Positions 1 through 8,907 of a stretch of 64,000 nucleotides of DNA are shown here, piece by piece. The notes under the pieces are model-generated. The model had not been told where the DNA came from, searched no databases, and saw only the letters and a program-made list of their open reading frames with translations. This DNA comes from an uncultured Pseudomonadota bacterium. GTDB lineage: Bacteria > Pseudomonadota > Alphaproteobacteria > RF32 > CAG-239. The translations under genes were made by a program, and so were the position numbers. Location: the NCBI GenBank assembly GCA_949298065.1, contig CASFUZ010000001.1, positions 18,793-82,792 of the forward strand, read 5' to 3'. Within the stretch, counting starts at the first letter, position 1. The number at the start of each line of letters is the position of its first letter.

Positions 1-1698
1 TCCGTAACCATTGCCATCTCGGTCTTAATTTCGGCCTTGGTTGCCTTAACGCTGACGCCGTCTTTGTGTGCGCTGATAATCAAGCCGCATAAAGAAGGTC
101 ATGAGCCCGCAAGATTTTTCCGTTGGTTCAACGCCTTTTTTGACAAAGTAACCGAATGGTACTTAAGCGGCGTAAAGCTATTTCTGCGTTGTCGCAAAAC
201 GGCGATATTATGCTTTATCGGCGTTTTGTTAGGTATATGGGGGTTGTTTAAGATTGTCCCCGGTGGTTTGGTCCCGATGGAGGATATGGGTAATCTGTTG
301 ATGGCTTATGATATGCCGCCGGCATCATCACTGCCGAGAACCGAGAAATTTACGGATGCTGTTTCTTCAGAAATCCTAAAGGATAAAGATGTCGCGGATG
401 TCTTAACCATTAATGGCTACAATATTTTGTCTTCTTCGCAAAATACTTATTCCGGTGTAAGTTTCATCACCTTGCAAGATTGGGATAAGAGAGAAGGTGC
501 TGCCAACTCCGCCTCAACTTTAGCAAACGTATTTACACGAATTGGCACCAGTCGTCCGGATGGTATTGGCTATGCGTTCAGTATGCCGCCGATTACGGGC
601 TTGAGTATGACGGGTGGCTTTGAAGGCTATATTCAAAACCGTGCGGGTAAAACCTCAGAGGAGCTGATGAACAAAGTTAACGAGTTTATCGCCGCCGCTG
701 AAGAAAATCCGGCATTGCAAAATGTTAAAACCACGTTTTCGGTTTCAACGCCGCAGTATCGGATTGATTTGGACAGAGAAAAAGCGCGTATACTTAATGT
801 TTCCATCAATGCCATTTACGCCGTGTTGCAGTCAACATTTGGCAGTATGTATGTCAATGACTTTACCTACATGGGGCGCAACTTCCGTGTAACCTTGCAG
901 TCAGAGGATAGATTCCGCCGCACACCGGATGACTTGCGCTATGTTTACGTTAAGTCAAATAATGGCGAGCTGATTCCGATAAGCACTTTGATAACGGTTG
1001 AGCGCGTAACCGGACCTGAACTGGTCAACCGCTTCAATATCTTTCCGGCAGCCAAGATTATGGGCGACCCCGCACCGGGATATAGCTCGGGTCAGGCAAT
1101 TCAGGCGATGGAAGATGTCGCTAAGCAAGTGTTAGGCAATGATTATTCTTTGGCATGGGTTGGTTCAGCTTATCAGGAGAAATTGGCAGGAGGCGCAAGC
1201 ACACAAGCTTTTGCCTTTGGTTTAATAATGATTTTCCTGATTTTGTCGGCGCAGTATGAAAAATGGTCTTTGCCTTTTGTGGTTTTGCTTTCCGTACCTT
1301 TTGCGGTTTTGGGAGCTTTGCTTGCCGTATGGTTAAGAGGTATTGAGAACGACCTTTACTTCCAAGTCGGTCTGGTAACCTTGATTGGTTTGGCGGCCAA
1401 GAACGCCATCCTGATTGTGGAATTTGCCGTAATGAAGGTTGAGGAAGGCTTAAGTTATGCAGAAGCAGCGGTTGAGGCCGCCAAGCTGCGTTTCCGCCCG
1501 ATTGTCATGACCTCTTTGGCCTTTACCTTCGGTGTGTTGCCTTTGGCAGTCTCTACGGGAGCCGGCGCGGCCAGCCGTCATGCTATCGGTACGGGGATGA
1601 TTGGTGGTATGATATTATCAACCTTTGTGGCAACCTTGTTCGTTCCGATGATGTTTGCCATCATCGGCGAAGCTTTTGCACCTAAGAAGAAAGGATAG
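1..1698 (+). CDS. Multidrug efflux RND transporter permease (AcrB/AcrD/AcrF family), C-terminal part; the 5' end is cut off by the window start
   Basis: The frame is open from nt 1. The translation shows the RND periplasmic porter subdomains followed by the C-terminal TM bundle (FGLIMIFLILSAQYEKWSLPF..., VGLVTLIGLAAKNAILIVEF, MTSLAFTFGVLPLAVSTGAGAASRHAIGTGMIGGM), which is a typical AcrB C-terminus. Confidence 0.85.
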   Translation, partial: SVTIAISVLISALVALTLTPSLCALIIKPHKEGHEPARFFRWFNAFFDKVTEWYLSGVKLFLRCRKTAILCFIGVLLGIWGLFKIVPGGLVPMEDMGNLLMAYDMPPASSLPRTEKFTDAVSSEILKDKDVADVLTINGYNILSSSQNTYSGVSFITLQDWDKREGAANSASTLANVFTRIGTSRPDGIGYAFSMPPITGLSMTGGFEGYIQNRAGKTSEELMNKVNEFIAAAEENPALQNVKTTFSVSTPQYRIDLDREKARILNVSINAIYAVLQSTFGSMYVNDFTYMGRNFRVTLQSEDRFRRTPDDLRYVYVKSNNGELIPISTLITVERVTGPELVNRFNIFPAAKIMGDPAPGYSSGQAIQAMEDVAKQVLGNDYSLAWVGSAYQEKLAGGASTQAFAFGLIMIFLILSAQYEKWSLPFVVLLSVPFAVLGALLAVWLRGIENDLYFQVGLVTLIGLAAKNAILIVEFAVMKVEEGLSYAEAAVEAAKLRFRPIVMTSLAFTFGVLPLAVSTGAGAASRHAIGTGMIGGMILSTFVATLFVPMMFAIIGEAFAPKKKG

Positions 1699-1702
1699 AG
1701 AA

Positions 1703-2014
1703 ATGACCCAAGCCATTATTCTGACTATGGTAAACAGCAAAGAGCAGGGAAAACTGATTGCGCATAATCTGGTTGAGGCAAAACTGGCTGCTTGCGTTAA
1801 TATTATAGAAAAAGTCACTTCGGTTTATTGGTGGCAAGGAAAAGTTTGCGAAGAGCCGGAGCTTTTGCTGATAATAAAAACCGAGTCTGCAAACTTTGCC
1901 GAGGTCAAGGAACGAATACTCAGTCTGCACGAATATGAACTGCCAGAGGTCATAATGTTTAACATAGACAAAGGCTATGATGAGTATTTGAAATGGATAA
2001 CAGCCAATAGCTAA
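1703..2014 (+). CDS. cutA: Divalent-cation tolerance protein CutA
   Basis: About 104 aa and CutA1-like (MTQAIILTMVNSKEQG...LAACVNII...SVYWWQGKV..E.E..L..KT). An ATG at 1703 follows an RBS-like AAGGATAGAG, and the upstream in-frame Met overlaps the acrB end. A rho-independent terminator follows the gene. Confidence 0.75.
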   Translation: MTQAIILTMVNSKEQGKLIAHNLVEAKLAACVNIIEKVTSVYWWQGKVCEEPELLLIIKTESANFAEVKERILSLHEYELPEVIMFNIDKGYDEYLKWITANS

Positions 2015-2018
2015 AAAA

Positions 2019-2046
2019 TTTCCCTCAAAAGAGGGATTTTTTTTGC
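2019..2046 (+). terminator. Rho-independent terminator after cutA
   Basis: Hairpin tccctcAAAAgaggga at 2021-2036 followed by a T8 run at 2037-2044. Confidence 0.7.
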
Positions 2047-2462
2047 GTTTTTTTACCATTTATTAAACTTGGATGATGTAGCTTACAGACAGTATTTTAC
2101 AATTATAACTAAGTTTCTGTCTTAAGCTTTTGTTCGTGTCGATTCATCGCTTTATTTGTTCTGATTCCTCTTTAAACCGATGATTTTCTGACCAGATTAT
2201 TTGCTAGCTTCAAACATTTAGGTTGTCGGATAAATGTTTGCGAAAAAGCCTGATTCCCCATCACGCTTTTATTTTGGCTCCGTGTTCATATCTCTGAACA
2301 AGTCGGAGAAGTTACACGGCAGCATTTCTCAAGTCATCTGAATTTTTTCGTAATTGCAAGTGCGAAAATTTTTGGAAGACAATCCCCATAAATTCAGTTC
2401 CGGCCGGACTGCTATTTATAAAAAATTAGTTGGTTGATTATTTTAGTATATATACTGTCAAA

Positions 2463-2505
2463 AAACGCTTCTGAAACAAAAACCGAGAAGCGTTTTTTTG
2501 TTTTT
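2463..2505. terminator. Terminator-like hairpin in a long ORF-free intergenic region
   Basis: aacgcttctg...cagaagcgtt stem at about 2464-2494 followed by a T7 run. It lies 50 nt upstream of the preferred start of the next CDS and about 450 nt downstream of cutA. Confidence 0.4.
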
Positions 2506-2553
2506 AAATATTGCAATTCGGGCAGATTTCCGTTAATCCTGAAAAAAAGGACT

Positions 2554-3012
2554 ATGCCCATGATATTCATAAAATCTCGTCAACGCCGCGAAAAAAGAAA
2601 ACGCATCATAAAAACACTGTCGGTAGTGCTTGCTGCAGTGCTATTTTCGGTTGTTGTGTCATATTTGTTTTTGTCAGGATTTAATTATCTGGAAACTTGG
2701 CTCGGCTGGAAGAAAAATATTATTGCCGGTTTAATAACAGGCCTGATGGCTTGCTGGTGCCTGTTGGGGGTAATTATCCGTTATACGGCGCAAAATAAGT
2801 ATCATAAGTTTTATGATAAATTATCTTTGGGTGTATATGGCTTTTTGTTTGTAGGGCTGATTGTTGCTTTCTTCCTGAACTTTGGGGCAGGGATAGGCAT
2901 AAGTTTTTTGTGTTTGAGCTTGGCAGAAAGCGGTTGGGTTTGGTGGCATCAGGCGGATAAAGGCGCAAGGAAGAGATTGAAACGCCGCCTGCCATGGATT
3001 TTTTATCGTTAA
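2554..3012 (+). CDS. Hypothetical integral membrane protein (about 4 TM helices)
   Basis: Basic N-terminus (KSRQRREKRKR), then four hydrophobic segments. I chose the start at MPMIF (2554) because the longer ORF from 2434 would run through the terminator-like hairpin. Confidence 0.5.
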   Translation: MPMIFIKSRQRREKRKRIIKTLSVVLAAVLFSVVVSYLFLSGFNYLETWLGWKKNIIAGLITGLMACWCLLGVIIRYTAQNKYHKFYDKLSLGVYGFLFVGLIVAFFLNFGAGIGISFLCLSLAESGWVWWHQADKGARKRLKRRLPWIFYR

Positions 3013-3019
3013 AATAAAC

Positions 3020-3046
3020 CAAAGCCCCTCAGCGAGGGGCTTTGAA
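3020..3046. terminator. Bidirectional terminator between convergent genes
   Basis: Hairpin gcccctcAGCgaggggc at 3024-3040, flanked by T/A runs on both strands. Confidence 0.65.
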
Positions 3047-3054
3047 ATATAAAA

Positions 3055-3669
3055 TTACAAGTCGGCAATCACGCTCATACTGATAATCTCATCAGGGTCA
3101 TAAACCGCGCCGTTCGGGCCTTCGCCGAGTTTGATGAGGTCAACAAACTCCATACCGGAAGTAACTTCGCCCCAAACCGTATATTGTCCGTCCAACCAAG
3201 GACAATCGGCAAAGCAGATAAAAAATTGGCTGTCGCCGGAATCAGGGTTCATTGCGCGAGCCATAGAAACCGTGCCGCGCTTGTGCGGGTTGCGGTTAAA
3301 TTCAGCCTTGAGCTTATGCCCGGTGCCGCCCGTGCCGTTGCCGTAAGGACAACCGGTTTGCGCCATAAAGCCGTCAATAACACGATGAAACTTAAGACCG
3401 TTATAAAAACCGGCACGAACCAATTCCTTAATCCGAGCTACATGGTTTGGCGCATCATTAGGATACATCTCAATAATTACATCACCGTCTTTGAGTTTGA
3501 GCAAAAGGGCGTTTTCCGCATCCTTAACTTTGTAGGAATGCTTGATTTTCTTAGCTCTCGTTTTGCTGACGGAAAGTTTTTTTGTTTCATTAGCTTTCAG
3601 GCTCTTGGTTGAAGGCTTGCTAAGCTTTTTAGCCTCATCATTTTTAAGCATTTTTGTTTCTTTCGCCAT
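3055..3669 (-). CDS. Cyclophilin-type peptidyl-prolyl cis-trans isomerase with a roughly 50-aa lysine-rich N-terminal extension
   Basis: Core motifs FHRVIDGFMAQTG...GTGG...SMARAMNPDSGDSQFFICF...WLDGQYTVWGEV. The N-terminus MAKETKMLKNDEAKKLSKPSTKSLKANETKKLSVSKTRAKKIK lies in frame upstream of the core with no alternative internal start. It is the last gene of a six-gene minus-strand cluster. Confidence 0.8.
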   Translation of the reverse strand: MAKETKMLKNDEAKKLSKPSTKSLKANETKKLSVSKTRAKKIKHSYKVKDAENALLLKLKDGDVIIEMYPNDAPNHVARIKELVRAGFYNGLKFHRVIDGFMAQTGCPYGNGTGGTGHKLKAEFNRNPHKRGTVSMARAMNPDSGDSQFFICFADCPWLDGQYTVWGEVTSGMEFVDLIKLGEGPNGAVYDPDEIISMSVIADL

Positions 3670-3682
3670 AATTCATTCTCCG

Positions 3683-4120
3683 TTAATAAACAATCTCAGA
3701 AAAGTATTCATTATTAATATAGTTATCAATAGCGCGTTTTGCATAATCTGAAATATTATCAGGCAGTGCGTTGAGTGCAAACCAATGCAAATCAGAGCAT
3801 TTGTCAGGTTCGGTTATTTGTGGTTGACCGCTGAATTTTTTAGTAACCAAAACATATTCTATGGATTGCCAGTTCCAAGGCGTAATTCTGTGCATGGCAG
3901 AAACAATGTCTAAATCTGCTTCAGCAACATTTAAGGTCGTTTCTTCCATAATCTCGCGGCGTGCAGCTTGTTTGACCGTTTCGCCGTCTTCCATACAACC
4001 GCCGGGCAGAGAATATTTTTCGCTGTCAAACTTGTTTTTGCGCAAGGTCATAAGAATTTCGTTTTTTTCATTAAGGATAATGTTTAAAACCCCGCCGATG
4101 AGTTTGAAACGCTCGCTCAT
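3683..4120 (-). CDS. NUDIX hydrolase
   Basis: Nudix box GGCMEDGETVKQAARREIMEETTL. It overlaps the upstream HD gene by 4 nt. Confidence 0.8.
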   Translation of the reverse strand: MSERFKLIGGVLNIILNEKNEILMTLRKNKFDSEKYSLPGGCMEDGETVKQAARREIMEETTLNVAEADLDIVSAMHRITPWNWQSIEYVLVTKKFSGQPQITEPDKCSDLHWFALNALPDNISDYAKRAIDNYINNEYFSEIVY

Positions 4121-4743
4121 TTTTCCTCCTTAATGCCTAAAACCTCATAAATATCTTTACCGCATTTAGCATCAAAATATGCTTTGAGCTCATATAGGCG
4201 TTTAATAATTGGAGCAATTTTTTCCGGCAAAATATGATATCTTTTACTGATACTATCCATTCTATACTCAATACTGCAGGTTTTGCCCATATCATTCATC
4301 ACATCAGCCAGCTGGATAAGCCTGTCATAGTCATCATATTCAATATTGGCTAAATATCTCTTGGCCTCTAAGAGTTGCTCTTTGTTTTGCGGATAAGTGT
4401 TGATGTCAAAATCTTTATTATAAAAACAATGCGTAACCGAGATTTTTGCAATCTCCGGCAGATTTTTTTCCATCAGATAATGATAACCGATAATCCCGTG
4501 AAAAGTGTTGCCTCTGGGTTCATCCTCAATTCTGCCGGCATCATGCAAAAGACCAAAAATATAGGCTTTATCAGTGTCCAAATCAGAACAATTTGCCGCA
4601 ATTGTTTCGGCAATACGTGCCACAGCAGCACAATGCGCCCGAAAAGTTTCCTCCATATCTCCTTCAAAAGGAAGCTTGCTGGCGTTCCTTTGGGCGACAA
4701 CTTCTTCAAATAAGTCTTGTGCTTGTTTTCTGGTTAAGTCCAT
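4117..4743 (-). CDS. HD-domain phosphohydrolase
   Basis: H...HD metal-binding signature (RAHCAAVARIAE...GLLHDAGR). About 208 aa and coupled on both sides by overlap or 1-nt spacing. Confidence 0.65.
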   Translation of the reverse strand: MDLTRKQAQDLFEEVVAQRNASKLPFEGDMEETFRAHCAAVARIAETIAANCSDLDTDKAYIFGLLHDAGRIEDEPRGNTFHGIIGYHYLMEKNLPEIAKISVTHCFYNKDFDINTYPQNKEQLLEAKRYLANIEYDDYDRLIQLADVMNDMGKTCSIEYRMDSISKRYHILPEKIAPIIKRLYELKAYFDAKCGKDIYEVLGIKEEK

Positions 4744-4744
4744 T

Positions 4745-5740
4745 TTACTTTCCTGCCTTGTTTAAGACATAATCCACGCGCTCTTCGGGAGAAAGTTTCT
4801 TAGGATAATACTTATCAATTTTTTTCAAAATTTGCGCCAAACCTTTGCCGTTGGCAATCTGAATTGCCAAACCGGGGCGAGCATTCAGTTCAAGCATCAT
4901 CGGCCCTCTAAATTCATCAAGGACGATATCTGCACCCAAATATCCCAAGCCAGTCATTTCATAACCCTTGGCGGCAATGAGCAAATGCTCGCGCCAGAAG
5001 GGAACTTCCAAAGTAGAGAGGTCAGCATTTGTATCCGGATGAAATTCTATCGGCATATTCCACATAACGCCTTTAAGGCTTTTTCCGGTCTTAATATCCA
5101 AGCCAACCCCGACAGCACCTTGGTGTAGGTTAGCACGCCCGCCTGATGCTTTGGTGGAAAGGCGCATCATAGACATAGCCGGATAACCTTTATAAACAAT
5201 AACACGCACATCCGGCACACCCTGATAGCTATATTCCGAAAAAATCGGGCTAAAATGCACCAATTCCTCAATCAAAGCCACATCATATTGTCCGCCCAAG
5301 CTGTATAATCCGCTCAAGATATTTGAGATGTGTTGGTAAACTTCATTAAAGGTCAAGAGCCTGCCCGAGGTTGTTTCAAATTCGGTTGGTGTATAACGTT
5401 TGATAACCAAAACACCTTTGCCGCCGCTGCCATGTGCCGGCTTAACCACAAATTCTTTGAAACCCTTAACAATCTCTAACAGGTTTTTAACCTCATTCTG
5501 CACGGAAACCACGCCGATAAGGTGAGGGGTAGTAATACCGACTTTCTGTGCCAAAAACTTGGTCTGAACCTTGTCATCAACCAAAGGATAAAGGCGGCGA
5601 TTGTTGTATTTTGAAATCACATTAAAATTACGCCTATTCATACCGAGCACACCGGCTTTCCTGAGCTCAGACGGAGAGGCAAAATTTTTCAGCCAGCCGA
5701 AACCAAACATCTCACTATCCTTTCTTAACCAAGGGTGCAA
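4745..5740 (-). CDS. RimK-family ATP-grasp alpha-L-glutamate ligase-like protein
   Basis: ATP-grasp fold motifs (VVKPAHGSGGKGV, ELNARPG). The start is more likely the ATG at 5710 (MFGFGW..., preceded by an AAGAAAGGATAG RBS) than 5740, which overlaps the upstream gene. Confidence 0.8.
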   Translation of the reverse strand: MHPWLRKDSEMFGFGWLKNFASPSELRKAGVLGMNRRNFNVISKYNNRRLYPLVDDKVQTKFLAQKVGITTPHLIGVVSVQNEVKNLLEIVKGFKEFVVKPAHGSGGKGVLVIKRYTPTEFETTSGRLLTFNEVYQHISNILSGLYSLGGQYDVALIEELVHFSPIFSEYSYQGVPDVRVIVYKGYPAMSMMRLSTKASGGRANLHQGAVGVGLDIKTGKSLKGVMWNMPIEFHPDTNADLSTLEVPFWREHLLIAAKGYEMTGLGYLGADIVLDEFRGPMMLELNARPGLAIQIANGKGLAQILKKIDKYYPKKLSPEERVDYVLNKAGK

Positions 5741-7250
5741 AACGCTTGAGCTCGGTCAGTCTGTATCCCGTATAAGTACCTAACAGCATAACAATGAACA
5801 AGATAACCAGATTAAGCTCGTTGAATGCGAACATAATATGGCGGATATACTCGTTACAAATGACGAAATAGGTAATAATGGCAACCAAAATGCTGAAAAC
5901 AATTTCTTTGGTCGCGTTCATAGCACCGTCTTCTTCCCAAGTAATTGAGGCACGCTCAATAATCCATGCCGTAATAATAATCGGGAAAAATACGGCGGAA
6001 GCAGCAATGTCAAGTTTGAGCTGATAACCGCAGATTGTTAAGGCCTGCATCATCAAAATCACCACAATCACAACCGCCGAGATTCTCGGAACCAACAGCA
6101 AGTTCAGTTTAGAGAGCAGGGCTCGGATAAGCAGTCCGATAAAGATGATGAAAGAAAAGCAAATTAAGCCGGACCAAAAACCGGTCTTAACCAAAGCCAT
6201 AGAAATCAGCATCGGCGTAAAAGTTCCCATTGTCTGCACGCCGATAACATTGCGCATTAAGACAATAATCAAAATAGCCAGAGGGAAAATCATCAGCCAT
6301 TTAAGTGTATTTTGCTCAGCCAAAGGCAAGCTATAGATAGAAAAATCAAACCAAGTGGTTTGGTTAGCAAGCTTTGCTCTATGGCGTGCCAAATTAAAGG
6401 AAGAGCTGATAGATTTTAGTACAGAATATTTAACAACGGAATCTTCTCCGCCCTCAACATCAAGCAAAGAATCTCCGCCGCGCTGAATAACCACAAAGTC
6501 TTCAGGCAAGCCTTTTTTGCCGGTCTTGAGGCTATAAAGTGTCCATCTTCCTTCCGTATAAGCCTCAATCATCAAATCCGGCGTAAAGGATTTTTTGTTT
6601 TCTTCCAGCTTAATACCGCGTACCAAACGAGTCGGCACATTTTTAAGAGCTAGGAGGTTCATTGTGGCTTCCGCAATGTCTTTTTGCTTCTTTTTCATCG
6701 GCAAAAAGGCCAAAACCGTAGCATCAGGCGGTGTTTGGTTTAGAAGGCGAATAACCTGTTGTGGCAGATTACCCGGTTGTTTAGCGGAAAGTTCCAAAAG
6801 CTCTTTGGCAACAGCCATTTTTTGCTCGTCAAAAATCGGTTTTTCAGGGTTGGACGGAACGGGAGCGGGAATTTTGCCTCGGCCATCTTCATTATCAAAC
6901 AACAAAATCCGATAATAAAGCTGCTGTTTTTCTTCTCTTGGAGCTGATGACAAAACAATGCGGTTTTCCTTTGTGTCTTTGCTAACCTTATAACCTTCAG
7001 CCACAACATCTTCATCAAGAATCTTATATTCTTTACTGACTTTTGGGGTAGTTAAGGAAACTTTGATTGGCTCTCCCGTTGGCATAAAGTTGATTTGAGC
7101 CTCTATCGTCCACACGGTTGTAGATTTTTTAGGAGCCCAATCAAAACCCCAATAGCGAATTTTATAATAAATGCTATATGCGGCAAAACAAACGGACAAA
7201 ATCAGACCGATTGTCAAAATAAAGCGAACGGAAGTAAATTTTTTAAGCAT
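5715..7250 (-). CDS. Inactive-transglutaminase domain fused to a 7-TM module (7TM_transglut / Transglut_i_TM-type)
   Basis: One N-terminal TM, then a roughly 300-aa extracytoplasmic domain, then seven C-terminal hydrophobic helices. It sits between the retropepsin-like and RimK-like genes, as in the described conserved neighbourhood. Confidence 0.65.
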   Translation of the reverse strand: MLKKFTSVRFILTIGLILSVCFAAYSIYYKIRYWGFDWAPKKSTTVWTIEAQINFMPTGEPIKVSLTTPKVSKEYKILDEDVVAEGYKVSKDTKENRIVLSSAPREEKQQLYYRILLFDNEDGRGKIPAPVPSNPEKPIFDEQKMAVAKELLELSAKQPGNLPQQVIRLLNQTPPDATVLAFLPMKKKQKDIAEATMNLLALKNVPTRLVRGIKLEENKKSFTPDLMIEAYTEGRWTLYSLKTGKKGLPEDFVVIQRGGDSLLDVEGGEDSVVKYSVLKSISSSFNLARHRAKLANQTTWFDFSIYSLPLAEQNTLKWLMIFPLAILIIVLMRNVIGVQTMGTFTPMLISMALVKTGFWSGLICFSFIIFIGLLIRALLSKLNLLLVPRISAVVIVVILMMQALTICGYQLKLDIAASAVFFPIIITAWIIERASITWEEDGAMNATKEIVFSILVAIITYFVICNEYIRHIMFAFNELNLVILFIVMLLGTYTGYRLTELKRFAPLVKKG

Positions 7251-7275
7251 AGAGGCACCTTAAGAATGCAAGGGT

Positions 7276-7815
7276 TTAGTGAAGTGTGTTTTCCAAAGCC
7301 GTATCCACAATGGCACGTCCGGTCAAAATGTTACGACCGATGAGGACTTGATATTCAAATTTTTCACGGTTAGCAAGAGAAAACTCTGCAGAGATAATTT
7401 CGTTGCCAAGCTTAACGTCCAACATAACAATTTGACGTTTTTCATGCTTGTTAATACGAACAATGCTTGTTTGGCGAACCAATTCTTTTTCAAAATGATG
7501 AGTTTCTCCCGTATCTTTATTAACAATAGTAAAGGAAACCCATTTTTCGCCGTCGCGCTCAAAGGTTTTGAGGTTTGAAACATCAATAGAAGAAGTTTCG
7601 GCACCTGTATCAATACGAGCAGCCAAAGGTGCCTTCATCGGCAGAACATAGACAGGTTCAACCGCTCCGATAACACCTAAAGAATGTCTCATCTTATGAT
7701 GTTTCGGTGTCTCAATTTCTGCCGGAGGAACAATCGCCGGAGTAATATTCGGAGTTTTACAAGCGCTACACATGGCAACAACAATTCCTAAAAACAAAAA
7801 ACTTATATTTTTCAT
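7276..7815 (-). CDS. Retropepsin-like aspartic protease of the RimK-associated family (annotated in databases as 'ATP-dependent zinc protease', PF05618-like), probable lipoprotein
   Basis: Signal peptide with Cys (VVAMCSAC). Catalytic motif ARIDTGAETSSID (D-T-G-A). First gene of the cluster. Confidence 0.65.
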   Translation of the reverse strand: MKNISFLFLGIVVAMCSACKTPNITPAIVPPAEIETPKHHKMRHSLGVIGAVEPVYVLPMKAPLAARIDTGAETSSIDVSNLKTFERDGEKWVSFTIVNKDTGETHHFEKELVRQTSIVRINKHEKRQIVMLDVKLGNEIISAEFSLANREKFEYQVLIGRNILTGRAIVDTALENTLH

Positions 7816-7982
7816 AGTCTTACCGCATATCTTTCAAAACACATTTATCTTTGCTATTTACAAACAAAACGCACCAAAAGTAAAGCTAAAATAACAACTT
7901 CTGCATAGATTTTTTTAATGATTTTTACAGATTCTTGTGCTATATTTTAAACATTAATCAGCAACAAGAATAGGTTAGGGAT

Positions 7983-8900
7983 ATGGCAACAATAACACCA
8001 CAAGAGCGAACAAAAAATCTGAAAAATCGTATTAAGAAGAAAAAAATTGCTTTGCTTAAAAGTGTTAAGCGAATAACGATGTATGTTGCTTTGCAGTGTG
8101 CCGCAACCATTCCCCAACCTGGAAACACTTTGCTTGGCACCCAGGCTGCCAATTCGGCCAACAACACCAAAGAAAATATAACAAAGGAAATTGCGTCTAA
8201 AACAGAGCTAAAAGAAGCTTTAAAGGAACGTAAAGACTGGCTTATTAATGATAATTTTTTTTCAAAAATTACTGAGTATCAAAATATTCTAAAGTCAAAA
8301 TCACCTACAGAAAAGAAAGATTATATTAAGAAGAATTTTTTTGACACGGTATATCCTGTTGGGGGTATTCCCAAAGGTTCAAATTATTGCATTGCAGCGG
8401 CAATGCGTTGCCTTTATGATGTGAACAAAGAAACGGGAGATTTGGAAAAATTTATGCCCGATGGCAATACAAGAGAAGGACATAGTATGGTATCTTGCCC
8501 GATGTTTAAGGAATATATAAAGAAGAATTTTCCGGATTGCATTATTGAAAAACCAAGCAAAGAAGACATAAGTTCCTTGGAAAATGGTGATTTTATACTC
8601 TCTCGCTCCAACAGCCGCAACACAACCAGCGGACTGCATTTTACAACGGTTTATGATGCGCAAAATGGTTTGGAAGCGAGTTTTAATACGGATGGCATCA
8701 GAGCATTCAAACCCGAAAAAATTGCGTGTATTGTGAAGTTTGGAAAAATCATAGACATTTGCTTACAAGAGAAGGTGAAGCAAATGGATGCGCATTCTGC
8801 CTTGCAGGCGATGAAAAGCGGCGTTAAAGATAACAAAGATTATCAGCTCACCGCTATGAACTTTCGCCAAACTTCACAAAAATCATCAGACAGAAGCTAG
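7983..8900 (+). CDS. Hypothetical protein; possible papain-like or C39-like cysteine peptidase fold (weak)
   Basis: No signal peptide and a basic N-terminus. Cys within NYCIAAAMRCLYD and a downstream His (GHSMVSCPMF) resemble a Cys/His peptidase arrangement. I see no recognisable homology beyond that. Confidence 0.4.
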   Translation: MATITPQERTKNLKNRIKKKKIALLKSVKRITMYVALQCAATIPQPGNTLLGTQAANSANNTKENITKEIASKTELKEALKERKDWLINDNFFSKITEYQNILKSKSPTEKKDYIKKNFFDTVYPVGGIPKGSNYCIAAAMRCLYDVNKETGDLEKFMPDGNTREGHSMVSCPMFKEYIKKNFPDCIIEKPSKEDISSLENGDFILSRSNSRNTTSGLHFTTVYDAQNGLEASFNTDGIRAFKPEKIACIVKFGKIIDICLQEKVKQMDAHSALQAMKSGVKDNKDYQLTAMNFRQTSQKSSDRS

Positions 8901-8907
8901 CTGATTT

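Noticed and set aside
2434-2553. The longer N-terminal extension of the 2434-3012 ORF (MIILVYILSKNASETKTEKRFFVF...).
   Set aside because: The extension runs straight through a terminator-like hairpin plus T-run (2463-2500). The downstream Met at 2554 is followed directly by a basic, TM-rich protein, so the shorter start is preferred.
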